A stretch of DNA of 64,000 nt from Nitrospirota bacterium (GCA_030682135.1 JAUXQT010000035.1:1022-65021), one strand, 5' to 3'. Numbered from the stretch's first letter, positions 20,921 through 31,013 are shown. Notes: generated by a model from the sequence alone, not told the origin. Translations and numbers: made by a program.

Positions 20921-21155
20921 TGATGCGAGCGGCACCTAACAAAGGTAAGGCCTCGCAAAGGAGTGGATAGCATTTGCGGGAAACCAGCAGTCGATAAATG
21001 ATTCCTGTTCCCTTCAGTTTCCCAGAAGAAAACTCGAGAGCATTTCTGCTTCGGGCATACCCCCGCGAGGGATCCGAGGACTTCACCAACAGCACCCCGC
21101 GTGCCCACTCACAGAGTTTGCCGAAACGAACCGACGGTCGCAAGATCTCCGACAA

Positions 21156-22382
21156 TCATAACCCCGGTCTCGACCCCGCTACGATGCTGAGCTCCAACGG
21201 AGCGCCGGCTCGCCTGATGTCGAGCTTCAAGGTCTGCCCTGTCTCAACCTGACAGAGCCGTTTCGCGTCCCGATCAGACGATACCGCCGAGAGCGCTGCA
21301 CCATTACAGGCCACGACTCGATCACCGACTTTGAGACCCGCTTTCTCTGCAGGCAGGCCGCTCCGGAGTTCCCGCACGAAGTAATAACGAGCCCCGGCGA
21401 TTTCTTGCAACTCCCAATTAACGCCAATTCGTCCCGACCCGATCAAGCCGGTTTGCGAACCGAACCGGGCGAGAATGCGATGGGCAATGACGCGGGCCAA
21501 ACCCTCGGGATCATCGGCCGTGGCATCGGAACTATGCCCCTCGCCATTAAACAAAACCACACCGCTTTCCACGTCGATCATCCGAAAAGCCAGCGACACG
21601 CGGCTGACTTGCTCCCCCTCGGTTCGCTCCCATTGCTGGACTTCACCCACAATAATCGCATGGGCGCCGACAAGCTTCCCGACTTTCAGCACCTCGGCAT
21701 CGTCGGCATACTTGAGTTGGATGACCTGCTCCTTGAACACTTCGTCGAGCTTGGCTCGCTCGACAATATTGATATCCAGATCCAAGAGTAAGGTCGTCAT
21801 GATCCCGGCGGCACGCGAACCGGATCCCGGGGTGGTTCCCGCATCGACGAACGGCATCACGGCCATCGTGCGATAGCGATCGATCATATCCCGATTGATT
21901 GGCCCGACGCCGGTGACCACCGGCTCAGGACGTCCGAGCATGCCGCCAGTGCCCAGAGCAGCTGTGCCGGACGAGGCACAGGCTCTGCGCCGTTGGAGAA
22001 TCGCCGAGGGCGCGCCCCAGGCGCAGAGTTCGTCGTTCACCAGCACGATGTGATAGGGATACTCGCGTTGATGTTCTGACGCAACGTTGGTGAAGGGATA
22101 GAAAATGCAGCCGCCGATCCAGACCGAGATCGGGCAAAACGCCAACTCATAGAGCCATTGCTTGCGGGCCGTGAGGGAATATTCCCAGACCAGCAGACGG
22201 CCATCGTCGCGCAACACGCGATCCGGCCGACCGACCTGTTCGATCACCTCGGTCTTCGTCATCGGTACAGCCAGCCGGTCCAGCTTGGATTCCGACTTCA
22301 CCACGGTATAGAGGACGCCGCAGCCGGAGCAGGCACCGGCAAGGAGCACCAGCCCCATCCAACAGCCAATCCGTTTGAGCAT
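21156..22382 (-). CDS. lipoprotein with BamE-like, CsgG-like and PDZ regions
   Basis: Lipobox LLAGACSGCG; MTKTEVIEQVGRPDRV (SmpA/OmlA-like); AVMPFVDAG...IVERAKLDEVFKEQ...GAHAIIVGEV (CsgG-like); GLPAEKAGLKVGDRVVACNG (PDZ). Confidence 0.65.
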   Translation of the reverse strand: MLKRIGCWMGLVLLAGACSGCGVLYTVVKSESKLDRLAVPMTKTEVIEQVGRPDRVLRDDGRLLVWEYSLTARKQWLYELAFCPISVWIGGCIFYPFTNVASEHQREYPYHIVLVNDELCAWGAPSAILQRRRACASSGTAALGTGGMLGRPEPVVTGVGPINRDMIDRYRTMAVMPFVDAGTTPGSGSRAAGIMTTLLLDLDINIVERAKLDEVFKEQVIQLKYADDAEVLKVGKLVGAHAIIVGEVQQWERTEGEQVSRVSLAFRMIDVESGVVLFNGEGHSSDATADDPEGLARVIAHRILARFGSQTGLIGSGRIGVNWELQEIAGARYYFVRELRSGLPAEKAGLKVGDRVVACNGAALSAVSSDRDAKRLCQVETGQTLKLDIRRAGAPLELSIVAGSRPGL

Positions 22383-22504
22383 ATCGGGCGACTCCGGGAA
22401 ACTAACCGCACGAGGACGCAGGGTACCACCCTGCGCAAGGAGGCTGCAATGGAATGGGAAAAAGGAGAAGACGATCAGATAACTTCCTAGTAGCCATCCC
22501 TCAC

Positions 22505-22672
22505 GCAGGATGCTCAGACAGGCCGTCCAGCAAGGCCGCAGCGAAGCTCTCACTAGGGGTGGATGAGATGATCCCAACTGCGCGCGTCGAACGAGGGCCT
22601 TCTGAGGCCGCGCGTTCCGCGAGCAAAGGGATCGTCCCATCCACCCCGCTCACTTTTTCAGCATCCTGCTAG
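22505..22672. repeat. RepA copy 3 with a RepB unit nested in its centre
   Basis: Termini GCAGGATGCTCAGACAGG / CACTTTTTCAGCATCCTGCTAG; inner palindrome GGGGTGGATGAGATGATCCC / GGGATCGTCCCATCCACCCC; core 22577-22628 is RepB in reverse orientation. Confidence 0.8.
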
Positions 22673-23229
22673 TTCAGGGAGGGATCGAAGGGCATATCCG
22701 CATAATGGCGGTAATCGTCACCCAATGTGCTCACAATGTCGGGCCAGATACGGGTGGGATCTTTGTCGAACACAGCATTGGGATCTGCCGGAATGGTAAA
22801 CCAGGAACCGGTCTGCATTTCAGACTCCAATTGCCCTGGGCCCCAGCCGGAGTACCCGAGGTAGGCGCGGAATGCATCGTGCCCTCCGCTGTTGGTCAAG
22901 ATACGATCGACCAGGTCTGTATCCCCGCCGAGGCAGATCCCATCGAACACATGATGAGAATTCTCAGGCAATTGATCCAAGCGATACAACATCATCACTT
23001 GGTTCGTTTGCACCGGCCCTCCGGAGAAGAGGACGTGCCGTTGCCCCTCGAGGATCGGCACTTGAGGTAACGCTTCCGAGACCGACATCGCCGTCGGGCG
23101 ATTGACGACGACACCCAATGCGCCTTCGGCCCCGTGTTCGCAAAGCAATACGACGGTCTGGCGAAAGTTCGGATCGCGCAAAGAGGGTGCGGCAATGAGG
23201 AAGATGCCTTTTCCCAGTGGAGCCTTCAT
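22669..23229 (-). CDS. YqgE/AlgH family protein (UPF0301)
   Basis: GIFLIAAPSLRDPNFRQTVVLLCEHGAEGALGVVVNRP...GGPV; start at MKAPLGKG. Confidence 0.85.
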   Translation of the reverse strand: MKAPLGKGIFLIAAPSLRDPNFRQTVVLLCEHGAEGALGVVVNRPTAMSVSEALPQVPILEGQRHVLFSGGPVQTNQVMMLYRLDQLPENSHHVFDGICLGGDTDLVDRILTNSGGHDAFRAYLGYSGWGPGQLESEMQTGSWFTIPADPNAVFDKDPTRIWPDIVSTLGDDYRHYADMPFDPSLN

Positions 23230-23300
23230 AAATATGATCCTACCGTGCGGACATGTGAGGCGCAAGCGGCATAGAAAACTAAACCCTACAGATGGGACGC

Positions 23301-23430
23301 GCAGGATGCTGAAACAGGCCGTTCAGCAAGGCCGCAGGCGAGTCGAAACCGGAGACGTAGCCCCTGGCTACGTTGAGGATTTCGATGAGCCGAGAACGAA
23401 GCTAGCGGCCTGTTTCAGCATCCTGCTAGC
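23301..23430. repeat. RepA copy 4
   Basis: GCAGGATGCTGAAACAGGCCGTTCAGCAAGGCCGCAGG...GCGGCCTGTTTCAGCATCCTGCTAGC. Confidence 0.85.
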
Positions 23431-24214
23431 GGTAGAGGGATTCGCGGCGGTCACGGAGCAGATCGTTATAGGGAGTAAGAGCCTTGTTTCTCGCCTCGGC
23501 AGGATCAATCTCGACAACATGGAGTTCTTGTTGGTCACGCGGCGCACGATGCAGAATCGCCCCGCGTGGAGCGACGATCTCGCTATTTCCGATAAAGGTC
23601 AACGGATCTTTTCCGCTTCGCGCTTCGATCCCGATCCGATTGCTCGTGACGGCAAACACTCGATTCTCCCGGCACCGAACCGGCATCGAATCCGGGCAAT
23701 CCGGCAATACGAGGTTCGAGGGATGGCAGATGATCTCGGCTCCCTTGAGTGCCAATGTGCGAGCCGCCTCAGGATAGTACCAATCGAAACAGATCATCAC
23801 GCCGATTTTAGCCGAGCCGATATCCCACACCTGAAATCCCGTGTCGCCTGGCGCAAAGAATAATGTTTCTTCAAAAAACAGATGGGTCTTGCGATAACAA
23901 CCGATGAATCCGGACGGGCCGACCACCACGGCAGAGTTATAACAAACAGACCCGGCACGCTCAGGAAGGCCGGCAACGATCACCATCCGTCGCCTCTTCG
24001 CGAGGTCGATCAACCGTTGCGTCGTAGGGCCATCCGGCACCGACTCCGACAGTGTCAGCACTTCTTGTTGCGACACAAACTGATATCCAGAGGCGCACAA
24101 CTCAGGCAACACGATCAGGTCGGCCTCAGCCCGATCGAGTGTCTCCACAATCGTATCGAGATTGCGCGAGACCTCGCCGAACTCTGGGGCGAACTGAAAA
24201 TACCCGACTCGCAT
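23426..24214 (-). CDS. carbon-nitrogen hydrolase (nitrilase superfamily)
   Basis: LIVLPELCASGY (Glu), YRKTHLF (Lys), GVMICFDWYYPE (Cys) catalytic triad context. Confidence 0.85.
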   Translation of the reverse strand: MRVGYFQFAPEFGEVSRNLDTIVETLDRAEADLIVLPELCASGYQFVSQQEVLTLSESVPDGPTTQRLIDLAKRRRMVIVAGLPERAGSVCYNSAVVVGPSGFIGCYRKTHLFFEETLFFAPGDTGFQVWDIGSAKIGVMICFDWYYPEAARTLALKGAEIICHPSNLVLPDCPDSMPVRCRENRVFAVTSNRIGIEARSGKDPLTFIGNSEIVAPRGAILHRAPRDQQELHVVEIDPAEARNKALTPYNDLLRDRRESLYR

Positions 24215-24315
24215 AGATTATAGGGCTAGCGGCATGAGGCAAGGGTCCAGGGGGAAAACGAGGGGCAAGAGACAAAGGCCGCAGATCGCCCCTCGCCTCT
24301 TGCCCATAGCCTAAA

Positions 24316-24663
24316 TTACTTCACTTCGGACAAATGGGTCACCGCACCTTCGGCATGTTGGGTGGCCACATCGGCATGACCGGCCTTGCCATGGGCCACG
24401 GCTTCCTTGAGATGTTTGACGCCTTCATCCAGATGCGGATTCTTCACGCCAGCCGCCTCGGCATGCTTGAGGGCACCCTCAGCATGCTGCACCAGGGCAT
24501 CGGCATGTCCCTGCTTGCCATGCGCCACCGCTTCTTTGGCATGCTCCACGGCTTCGCTCACATGCTTGTTATCGGCAAGCGCGAGCCCACTGAACAGCGG
24601 GAAACCAACAAGCGCGGCAACCGCTGCGACGACCAATGCTCCGCGATGGGTTCTCATTTTCAT
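24316..24663 (-). CDS. smbP: small metal-binding protein SmbP-like
   Basis: Signal peptide, then repeated H-rich helices: EAVEHAKEAVAHGKQGHADALVQHAEGALKHAE...GVKHLKEAVAHGKAGHADVATQHAEGAVTHL. Closely resembles Nitrosomonas SmbP as I recall it. Confidence 0.75.
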   Translation of the reverse strand: MKMRTHRGALVVAAVAALVGFPLFSGLALADNKHVSEAVEHAKEAVAHGKQGHADALVQHAEGALKHAEAAGVKNPHLDEGVKHLKEAVAHGKAGHADVATQHAEGAVTHLSEVK

Positions 24664-24755
24664 GGAGTCCTCCTCAGTGGTTAAAATTCTTTCGACGTGC
24701 AAAAGAGATCCGCAGTATCTTCGGTCCTTCACCTTACACAGCCGGTTTTTGACTG

Positions 24756-25634
24756 TCAAGAAGCTCTGACTTGCGGATCGACGTTCAAGATATGCTGCAA
24801 TCCCTTGGCGTCTTTTTCCACTGGACAGGCAAAATCCCGGCTCCACTCCCACCAGGATCCCGGATAGTTGCGCACATTGCGATAGCCTGCAAGCCTGAGG
24901 ACGAAATAGAGCCAGGCAGAACGGACGCCGCCGGTGCAATAACAGATCACTTCTTGATCCTGCTTGAGACCTTTGTCGGCCAAGCTCTCGGTGATCGTCA
25001 CCAAATCTTTCACCGTGGCATTCGGCTGAAGAAACCCCGTCCAGGCCAGATGGATCGACGTGGGAATGTGCCCGGGCCGAGGGATCCCCGACACCTCTTT
25101 CCCGAGGTATTCTTCGAGGCTGCGCGCATCGACGATCACGGTGCCAGGATGCGGTTGCTTCACGAGCTGCTTCAATTCGTCTTTCGCGGCAATCACGGCA
25201 GCGACCGGCTTGACGGTAAACGTCCCGAGCTTGGGCGTGACGCACCCATGTTCGAACGGGCGTTTCTCTTGCACCCACTTAACCCACCCGCCGTCGAGAA
25301 TGCGCAGCTTCGTATGTCCAAAATATTCCAACATCCAGAACATGCGGCCTTCGTCACCCCAGTTGTCGAACGGGTTCGAGTAGATCACCACATCGCTGTC
25401 CGAACTGATACCCAGCGCGCGAATCTTCTGCTCCATGAATACGCGATCGGGATTGAGCAATCCTTTCGGCACGGCCTGGGGATCGCTGTACTCATGCCAA
25501 GTCGAATGCACGGCGCCTGGAACATGGCCGCCGAATTCATAGGCTGCCCGCCCACGCACATCGATAATCACCAGGCCTGGCTGCCCCAGGTTCTGTTGGA
25601 GGGTTTCAGTATCGATCAACAACGGGTGTGTCAT
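24756..25634 (-). CDS. thiosulfate/3-mercaptopyruvate sulfurtransferase (tandem rhodanese)
   Basis: Two rhodanese domains; active-site loop CYCTGGVRSA in the second. Confidence 0.85.
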   Translation of the reverse strand: MTHPLLIDTETLQQNLGQPGLVIIDVRGRAAYEFGGHVPGAVHSTWHEYSDPQAVPKGLLNPDRVFMEQKIRALGISSDSDVVIYSNPFDNWGDEGRMFWMLEYFGHTKLRILDGGWVKWVQEKRPFEHGCVTPKLGTFTVKPVAAVIAAKDELKQLVKQPHPGTVIVDARSLEEYLGKEVSGIPRPGHIPTSIHLAWTGFLQPNATVKDLVTITESLADKGLKQDQEVICYCTGGVRSAWLYFVLRLAGYRNVRNYPGSWWEWSRDFACPVEKDAKGLQHILNVDPQVRAS

Positions 25635-25666
25635 GTCGTTCCTTTTGTGGTGTGAGCTTTGAGCGA

Positions 25667-26953
25667 TCAGCCCTCAGCTCCGGCCTTACAACTTACCCCC
25701 TCAGGCTGACGGCTGGTTGCCGAGAGCTGATTGCTCTCGCTCAGCGACGCCGCCAGCGCACCGGACAGAGGAAACTCTCGCTCGTACACGACGAATTGAT
25801 AGGGGTCGTTCCCCGTCAGTCCATATTTGGCCTGCAACATCTCATGCTGCTTATCGGTCAAGATGTGGTACTGCACGCGAGTCTTTACTTTCAAGCCCTC
25901 GGCCTGCGCCGGCAGTTGGTACACAAACTGGTATTCCCGGCTGGCCAATGGCAACAGACGGTTATCATACAACTCCACGATGGCCGGCTGCCAGAGAATC
26001 CAACGGCCCATCGTCGACGTTTGCCGATCGAGGATCTTTCCCTGCCGATCTTCCACGGAAAACTCCACGGTGAAATACCGATCGGGATCGCCCGTCGGAA
26101 TCTTATGCCCGGCTCCTGCATTGATCAAGGTGAGCGTAAATCCGACGCGATCGCCCGGTTTAGGCGAAACGGTATCGGCCCGTACCTGGATTCCCACCGC
26201 CCGCTTCACCATATCGGGATCGTGCCCGCCGCGCCAGAGATGCTGGCGGCCACGCCGGATCGGACCATTCGTCGCCACCGGCCGATCGATCTCAGGCATG
26301 TGGCAACTCTGGCAGATGAAGCCCCGCTCCTGCATGAAGAACTTGCCTTCGTATTCCGCATAGGTCCCGCAAGGGCCGACCTTGTAGAATTGCGCCGGGC
26401 CGGACACCACGTTATGGCAACGCTGGCAGACCTGCGCGGTGCGAAAGTTCGGATCGAACTTGGTCGGATGGGGCGCGGCGGAATCTTCGAACGGGCCGTA
26501 GATGACGCCGTCCCGCACGTGGCAGGCCGCACAGGTGACCGATTCTTTCTGATATTCAGGATCGTAGTGGGGATTAGGCTCTTGGACTGCCTTCTCCACC
26601 CGCCCCCGCGGAATCTGTTTCACCAACGTCGGCTGCTGATTTTCTAACGGGGTGTGGCAGTTCAAGCAGACCCAGATATTCTGATCCTTTTTCCAATAGG
26701 CTTGAAAAAACGGATCTTCATACGCATGGGCATGGATACTCGTCTTCCATTCGTCGTAGATCTCGCGGTGGCATTGACCGCAAGACTCGGCCTTCAGGCT
26801 CGTCAGACCCTCCGGAATCTGTTGAAGCGGAATCGCATGGGCATATTCGTCGCGCAGCCCGAAAATCACAACCGGTTTCACTTCGGTGTAATACAGATAC
26901 AGGAATACACCGGCCAGGACGGACCCGAGCAAAATTTTGAGTGGCGTCTTCAT
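25667..26953 (-). CDS. pentahaem c-type cytochrome, membrane-anchored or exported
   Basis: Five CxxCH motifs (CGQCH, CLNCH, CAACH, CQRCH, CQSCH) after an N-terminal hydrophobic segment. Confidence 0.85.
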   Translation of the reverse strand: MKTPLKILLGSVLAGVFLYLYYTEVKPVVIFGLRDEYAHAIPLQQIPEGLTSLKAESCGQCHREIYDEWKTSIHAHAYEDPFFQAYWKKDQNIWVCLNCHTPLENQQPTLVKQIPRGRVEKAVQEPNPHYDPEYQKESVTCAACHVRDGVIYGPFEDSAAPHPTKFDPNFRTAQVCQRCHNVVSGPAQFYKVGPCGTYAEYEGKFFMQERGFICQSCHMPEIDRPVATNGPIRRGRQHLWRGGHDPDMVKRAVGIQVRADTVSPKPGDRVGFTLTLINAGAGHKIPTGDPDRYFTVEFSVEDRQGKILDRQTSTMGRWILWQPAIVELYDNRLLPLASREYQFVYQLPAQAEGLKVKTRVQYHILTDKQHEMLQAKYGLTGNDPYQFVVYEREFPLSGALAASLSESNQLSATSRQPEGVSCKAGAEG

Positions 26954-27894
26954 GCTGCCAACAAGGCCTGAATGTGTCGTTCGACCGACGAGGCCAAGGA
27001 GGTCAGATGATATCCGCCTTCGAGCGAGGAGAGGATGCGCCCGTGGGCATAGCGCATGGCGATGCCGGCCACAATGCCAGTGAGGTCCGCGTAGCCCTCC
27101 TCGGTCAGCCCCATGCTCGCAAGAGGATCGTCCCGATGCGCATCGAAGCCGGCTGAGATGATCACGAATTCCGGCTTGAAGGCATCGGCCGCCGGCACCA
27201 ACGATTTCTGAAAGACGGCACGATACTCCTCATCGCCCTCACCCGCTTCCATCGGCACATTGATCGTAAACCCTTCCCCCGCCCCTCTGCCCCGCTCCGT
27301 CGCCCGGCCCGTGCCAGGATAGTGCGGAAACTGATGCGTGCTGAAGAACAGCACGGAAGGATCGGCTTCAAAGCTATGTTGCGTACCGTTCCCGTGATGC
27401 ACATCCCAATCGACAATCAGTACGCGCGCGAGGCCATGCTTTTTCTGCACATAGCGTGCAGCGATCGCCACATTATTGAAGAGGCAGAAACCCATCGCGC
27501 GCCCAGCCTCGGCATGATGCCCGGGCGGTCGCACGGCACAGAAGACATGATCCACGTTGTTAGACATGATCGCATCGACCGCGGCCAACGCCCCACCGGC
27601 TGCCAAATAGGCGGCAGTCAACGAACCGGGAGACATGGAAGTATCGGGATCGAGCGAGATCCGCCCATTGGCCGGTGCGTGAGACTTGAGCATCGCAAGA
27701 TACGACGGCTCGTGGATCTGCGTGATCCACTCGTCTTCAGCAGCTCGCGGTTCAATTCTGGTCAGCCGGGCCGCCGTGCCACCCTGCTCCAGCCGCTGCA
27801 TGATGGCACGCAGCCGATTGGGCGACTCAGGATGTCCTGCACCCATATCGTGTTCGAGATATGCCGGATGGTACACGAGACCAGTCTTAGCCAT
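26950..27894 (-). CDS. histone deacetylase family protein (AcuC/Aph-like)
   Basis: RPPGHHA, DWDVHHGNGTQ, SAGFDAH, GGY motifs. ATGA overlap with the cytochrome gene. Confidence 0.9.
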   Translation of the reverse strand: MAKTGLVYHPAYLEHDMGAGHPESPNRLRAIMQRLEQGGTAARLTRIEPRAAEDEWITQIHEPSYLAMLKSHAPANGRISLDPDTSMSPGSLTAAYLAAGGALAAVDAIMSNNVDHVFCAVRPPGHHAEAGRAMGFCLFNNVAIAARYVQKKHGLARVLIVDWDVHHGNGTQHSFEADPSVLFFSTHQFPHYPGTGRATERGRGAGEGFTINVPMEAGEGDEEYRAVFQKSLVPAADAFKPEFVIISAGFDAHRDDPLASMGLTEEGYADLTGIVAGIAMRYAHGRILSSLEGGYHLTSLASSVERHIQALLAA

Positions 27895-28061
27895 GCATGA
27901 ATCCAGTGATCGGTGATCAGTGATGGGTGATCGGTGATGGGCAAGAGCCGGGAACGTCCCGACTCATCACCCTTCACGCATCACTCATCACATGTGCGAA
28001 TCGTAGCATGCAGGAAAGCGCATAGACAACGAGCGCTTGCCGCTGCTATCGTCACGCATAC

Positions 28062-28391
28062 GTGGAGGAAGACATGGCAAATCGCCGCATCGAACCGCTC
28101 AAAAAAGTGTTGGCCATTGATCCGAACGACGAGGTGGCCTGGTTTGGTCTGGGGAAAGCTTATATGGAAGATGAGAACTTCGAAGAAGCGGCCAAAGCCC
28201 TGCAACAATGCGTCATCGTGAAGCCCACCTACTCAGCCGCCTACTATGCCCTGGCCCAATCCCTTCACAAGCTCGGGCGCATCGAGGAATGCCGAACCGT
28301 CTGCGCGACCGCCATCGATGTGTCCACGAAAAACGGCGACATGATGGTGACGAAAAATCTCGAACTGCTCACAAGCTCGCTGCCTGCCTAA
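28062..28391 (+). CDS. tetratricopeptide-repeat protein
   Basis: AWFGLGKAYMEDENFEEAAKALQQCV and AAYYALAQSLHKLGRIEEC are TPR-like units. Confidence 0.65.
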   Translation: MEEDMANRRIEPLKKVLAIDPNDEVAWFGLGKAYMEDENFEEAAKALQQCVIVKPTYSAAYYALAQSLHKLGRIEECRTVCATAIDVSTKNGDMMVTKNLELLTSSLPA

Positions 28392-28495
28392 AGTTACAGC
28401 CCTACTGAATGGCCTTACTCTTCATGAATGACAATGCTAGACCAGGCTGCCTGGATCCAATCCTCTACCTGTTCATGACAAGAAAACACGGCCCC

Positions 28496-28626
28496 GCAGG
28501 ATGCTCAAAAAGGCCGTCCAGCAAGGCCGCAGCCGATGGAAGCACCGGAGGCGTAGCCTCTGGGCTACGTTGAGGATGCTTTCGAGGCGAGAACGCCGCT
28601 GGCGGGCTTTTTCAGCATCCTGCTAG
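28496..28626. repeat. RepA copy 5
   Basis: GCAGGATGCTCAAAAAGGCCGTCCAGCAAGGCCGCAGCC...GGCGGGCTTTTTCAGCATCCTGCTAG. Confidence 0.85.
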
Positions 28627-28961
28627 ACCGGCTCTGCGTCGTCATCATCGTCATCATCATCGGATGAGAGGCCGAGGGCTTCCGGTTGGCGCTTGGCAAT
28701 TTCCTCGTATACTTCGTCGAGCCAGCGGCTGGCACAACCAAGGATCTCTCTGACTAACGGTTCCGGCTGGGCCGTGCGTTTGATGGTCCATTGGCACACA
28801 TATTCCAACAGCACATCCCGTTCGAACCGTTCCGACGATTCCGTCGCCAGCGCAGTCATTTCGCTCAGCCCAGTTTTGAGAATATCCGCCACCATGTCGC
28901 GCCCGTAGGACGTGCTGGCGGTAACATATTGGACAGCCCGATTGAGTTCCTGGTCGGTCAT
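28623..28961 (-). CDS. hypothetical protein with poly-Asp C-terminus
   Basis: 112 aa ending SSDDDDDDDDAEPV; its stop codon lies in the RepA terminal CTAG. Confidence 0.5.
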   Translation of the reverse strand: MTDQELNRAVQYVTASTSYGRDMVADILKTGLSEMTALATESSERFERDVLLEYVCQWTIKRTAQPEPLVREILGCASRWLDEVYEEIAKRQPEALGLSSDDDDDDDDAEPV

Positions 28962-29133
28962 GACGTCTCCATTAATCTTGTCGCATCATACCGAGAATGC
29001 CATCGCGAGGGAAGATTCTCTCCGTCTGAGGCATGAGAAATTTCCCCCGACCGGATCGGCTGGAATGGTATGATCCTAGCCGCACGAGCCCAACCGCCTG
29101 ATCCGTACGAGCACGACCAAGGAGATGCGACCT

Positions 29134-30957
29134 ATGCCAGTGAAGACCGGCCGGAAAACTAAGACCGCGCGCAAGACTTCTTCCGCGAAGCAGCAGAAAT
29201 CCGCCTATGCCGAGCGCTGGGACCTCGCCCATTTGGCCAAGGATCCGGTGAAACATTTCGAGACCCTGCTAGGCGAAATCGACATCAACGTCGCGAAATT
29301 TGAAGCGGCGCGTCCCCAGTTCAGTCCGACCATGGAGACAGCCGTCTTCCACCCGCTGCTGACGCTGAGTGAACATATCGCGGCTGCCTCATCCAAGCTC
29401 AGCGCCTACGCCTACCTCTGGTTCTCCGAAAACACCAAAGACCTCGCCGCTCGCTCGTTTAAGGACAAGGTCGAGGAGCGGCTCACCGCGCTCCAAAATC
29501 GAATGGTGTTTTTCGACCTCTGGTGGCAGAGCGTCGATGAGGGGAATGCGAGCAGGCTCATGGCCGGAACCGGCTCGCTCCGGTATCACCTCGAAACCAT
29601 TCGCCGGTTTCAACCCCATACGCTGTCCGAACCGGAAGAGAAGATCGTCAACATCAAGAACATCACAGGCCGCAGCGCCGTCCATTCGCTGTACGATGTC
29701 GTGACGAACGCCTTCACCTTCACGCTCACCGTCAACGGCAAGCGGAAAACGATGGCGCGCGAGGAACTGACGGCGTATCTCCGCCATGCGCAAGGCCGGC
29801 TGCGTGAAGCCGCCTATCGAGAGTTATACCGCGTCTATGCCGATCACCACGATCTGCTGGGCGAAATCTACAAGACCCTGGTCAATGACTGGAAAGCTGA
29901 AAATCTTCAACTGCGCCACTTCACCAGCCCGATTGCCACCCGCAATCTGGGCAACGACATTCCCGATGCAGCCGTGGCATCGCTCCTCAAGGTCTGTCAA
30001 AAAAACGCGGGCATCTTCCAGCGCTACTTCCGTATCAAGGCGCGCCTCTGCAAGATCACACCGATGAGCCGTTATCACATCTATGCGCCACACCGCACAG
30101 AGCAAAAATCCTACCGCTATCAGGATGCCATCAAGATGGTGCTGGATGCGTACCGGGGATTCTCACCGCAATTAGCCGACTTGGCGGAGCGAGTCATTCG
30201 TGAATGCCATATCGATGCACGGGCGAGGCCCGGGAAAATCGGCGGCGCCTATTGTTACAGCGTCGTCCCTGGCATGACCCCCTATGTGCTGCTCAACTTC
30301 ACCGGCGAGGCGCGCGATATTGCGACCATGGCCCATGAACTCGGCCATGCCGTCCATGGTATGTTGGCGTCCCACCATTCCATGTTTACCTTCCATTCCA
30401 CCCTTCCGCTGGCGGAGACAGCCTCGGTGTTCGGGGAGCGCATCCTGTCCGATGCCCTCATGAACCAGGAACGGGACAAGAAGGTACGGCAGGGACTCCT
30501 GCTCAACCAACTGGACGACATCTATGCCACGGTCCTCCGGCAGGCCTATTTCGTTCAATTTGAAAATCAGGCCCATGACATGATCGCCCAGGGTGCGACC
30601 GTGAAAGATCTGGCCAAGACCTATCTGGCCGAGGTGCGGCAGCAGTTTGGAAAGGGCATCAAGGTTCCGGATGAGTTTCAATGGGAATGGCTGACCATTC
30701 CCCATATTTTTGCCAGCCCCTTCTATTGCTACGCCTACAGCTTCGGGAACTTATTGGTCCTCGCCCTCTACCGGATGTATCAGAAAGAAGGGGCCACATT
30801 TGTCCCTAAATATCTGGAACTGCTGAGTACCGGAGGGTCAGAGGCGCCACAGACGATTCTCGCCAAAGTCGGAGTCGACATGGCTTCTGAAGACTTCTGG
30901 CAATCGGGGTTCGATACGATCCGCGAGATGGTCGACCAGCTGGAGCAAACGCTCTAA
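29134..30957 (+). CDS. pepF: M3B oligoendopeptidase F family
   Basis: HELGHAVH zinc motif plus downstream LAETASVFGE. Start ambiguous (29125 or 29134). Confidence 0.85.
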   Translation: MPVKTGRKTKTARKTSSAKQQKSAYAERWDLAHLAKDPVKHFETLLGEIDINVAKFEAARPQFSPTMETAVFHPLLTLSEHIAAASSKLSAYAYLWFSENTKDLAARSFKDKVEERLTALQNRMVFFDLWWQSVDEGNASRLMAGTGSLRYHLETIRRFQPHTLSEPEEKIVNIKNITGRSAVHSLYDVVTNAFTFTLTVNGKRKTMAREELTAYLRHAQGRLREAAYRELYRVYADHHDLLGEIYKTLVNDWKAENLQLRHFTSPIATRNLGNDIPDAAVASLLKVCQKNAGIFQRYFRIKARLCKITPMSRYHIYAPHRTEQKSYRYQDAIKMVLDAYRGFSPQLADLAERVIRECHIDARARPGKIGGAYCYSVVPGMTPYVLLNFTGEARDIATMAHELGHAVHGMLASHHSMFTFHSTLPLAETASVFGERILSDALMNQERDKKVRQGLLLNQLDDIYATVLRQAYFVQFENQAHDMIAQGATVKDLAKTYLAEVRQQFGKGIKVPDEFQWEWLTIPHIFASPFYCYAYSFGNLLVLALYRMYQKEGATFVPKYLELLSTGGSEAPQTILAKVGVDMASEDFWQSGFDTIREMVDQLEQTL

Positions 30958-31013
30958 AACCATAGACTTCGCAACGCCTTAGCCGTCCACTCCTCCATCA
31001 AGCTCTCTCCACG

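Noticed and set aside
24316-25278. 320-aa minus-strand ORF in the track
   Set aside because: Only the last 115 codons (from MKMRTHRG, 24316-24663) look like a real protein (SmbP-like). The upstream part overlaps the rhodanese gene in another frame and is Arg/Ser-rich, typical of a high-GC artefact.
25628-26647. Long antisense ORFs opposite real genes (also 23102-23863, 15657-16631, 37839-38870, 39328-40218, 41198-41893, 54414-55118)
   Set aside because: They are shadow ORFs typical of high-GC DNA. Their composition is Arg/Pro/Gly-rich and they carry no motifs, whereas the opposite strand carries strongly recognisable genes.
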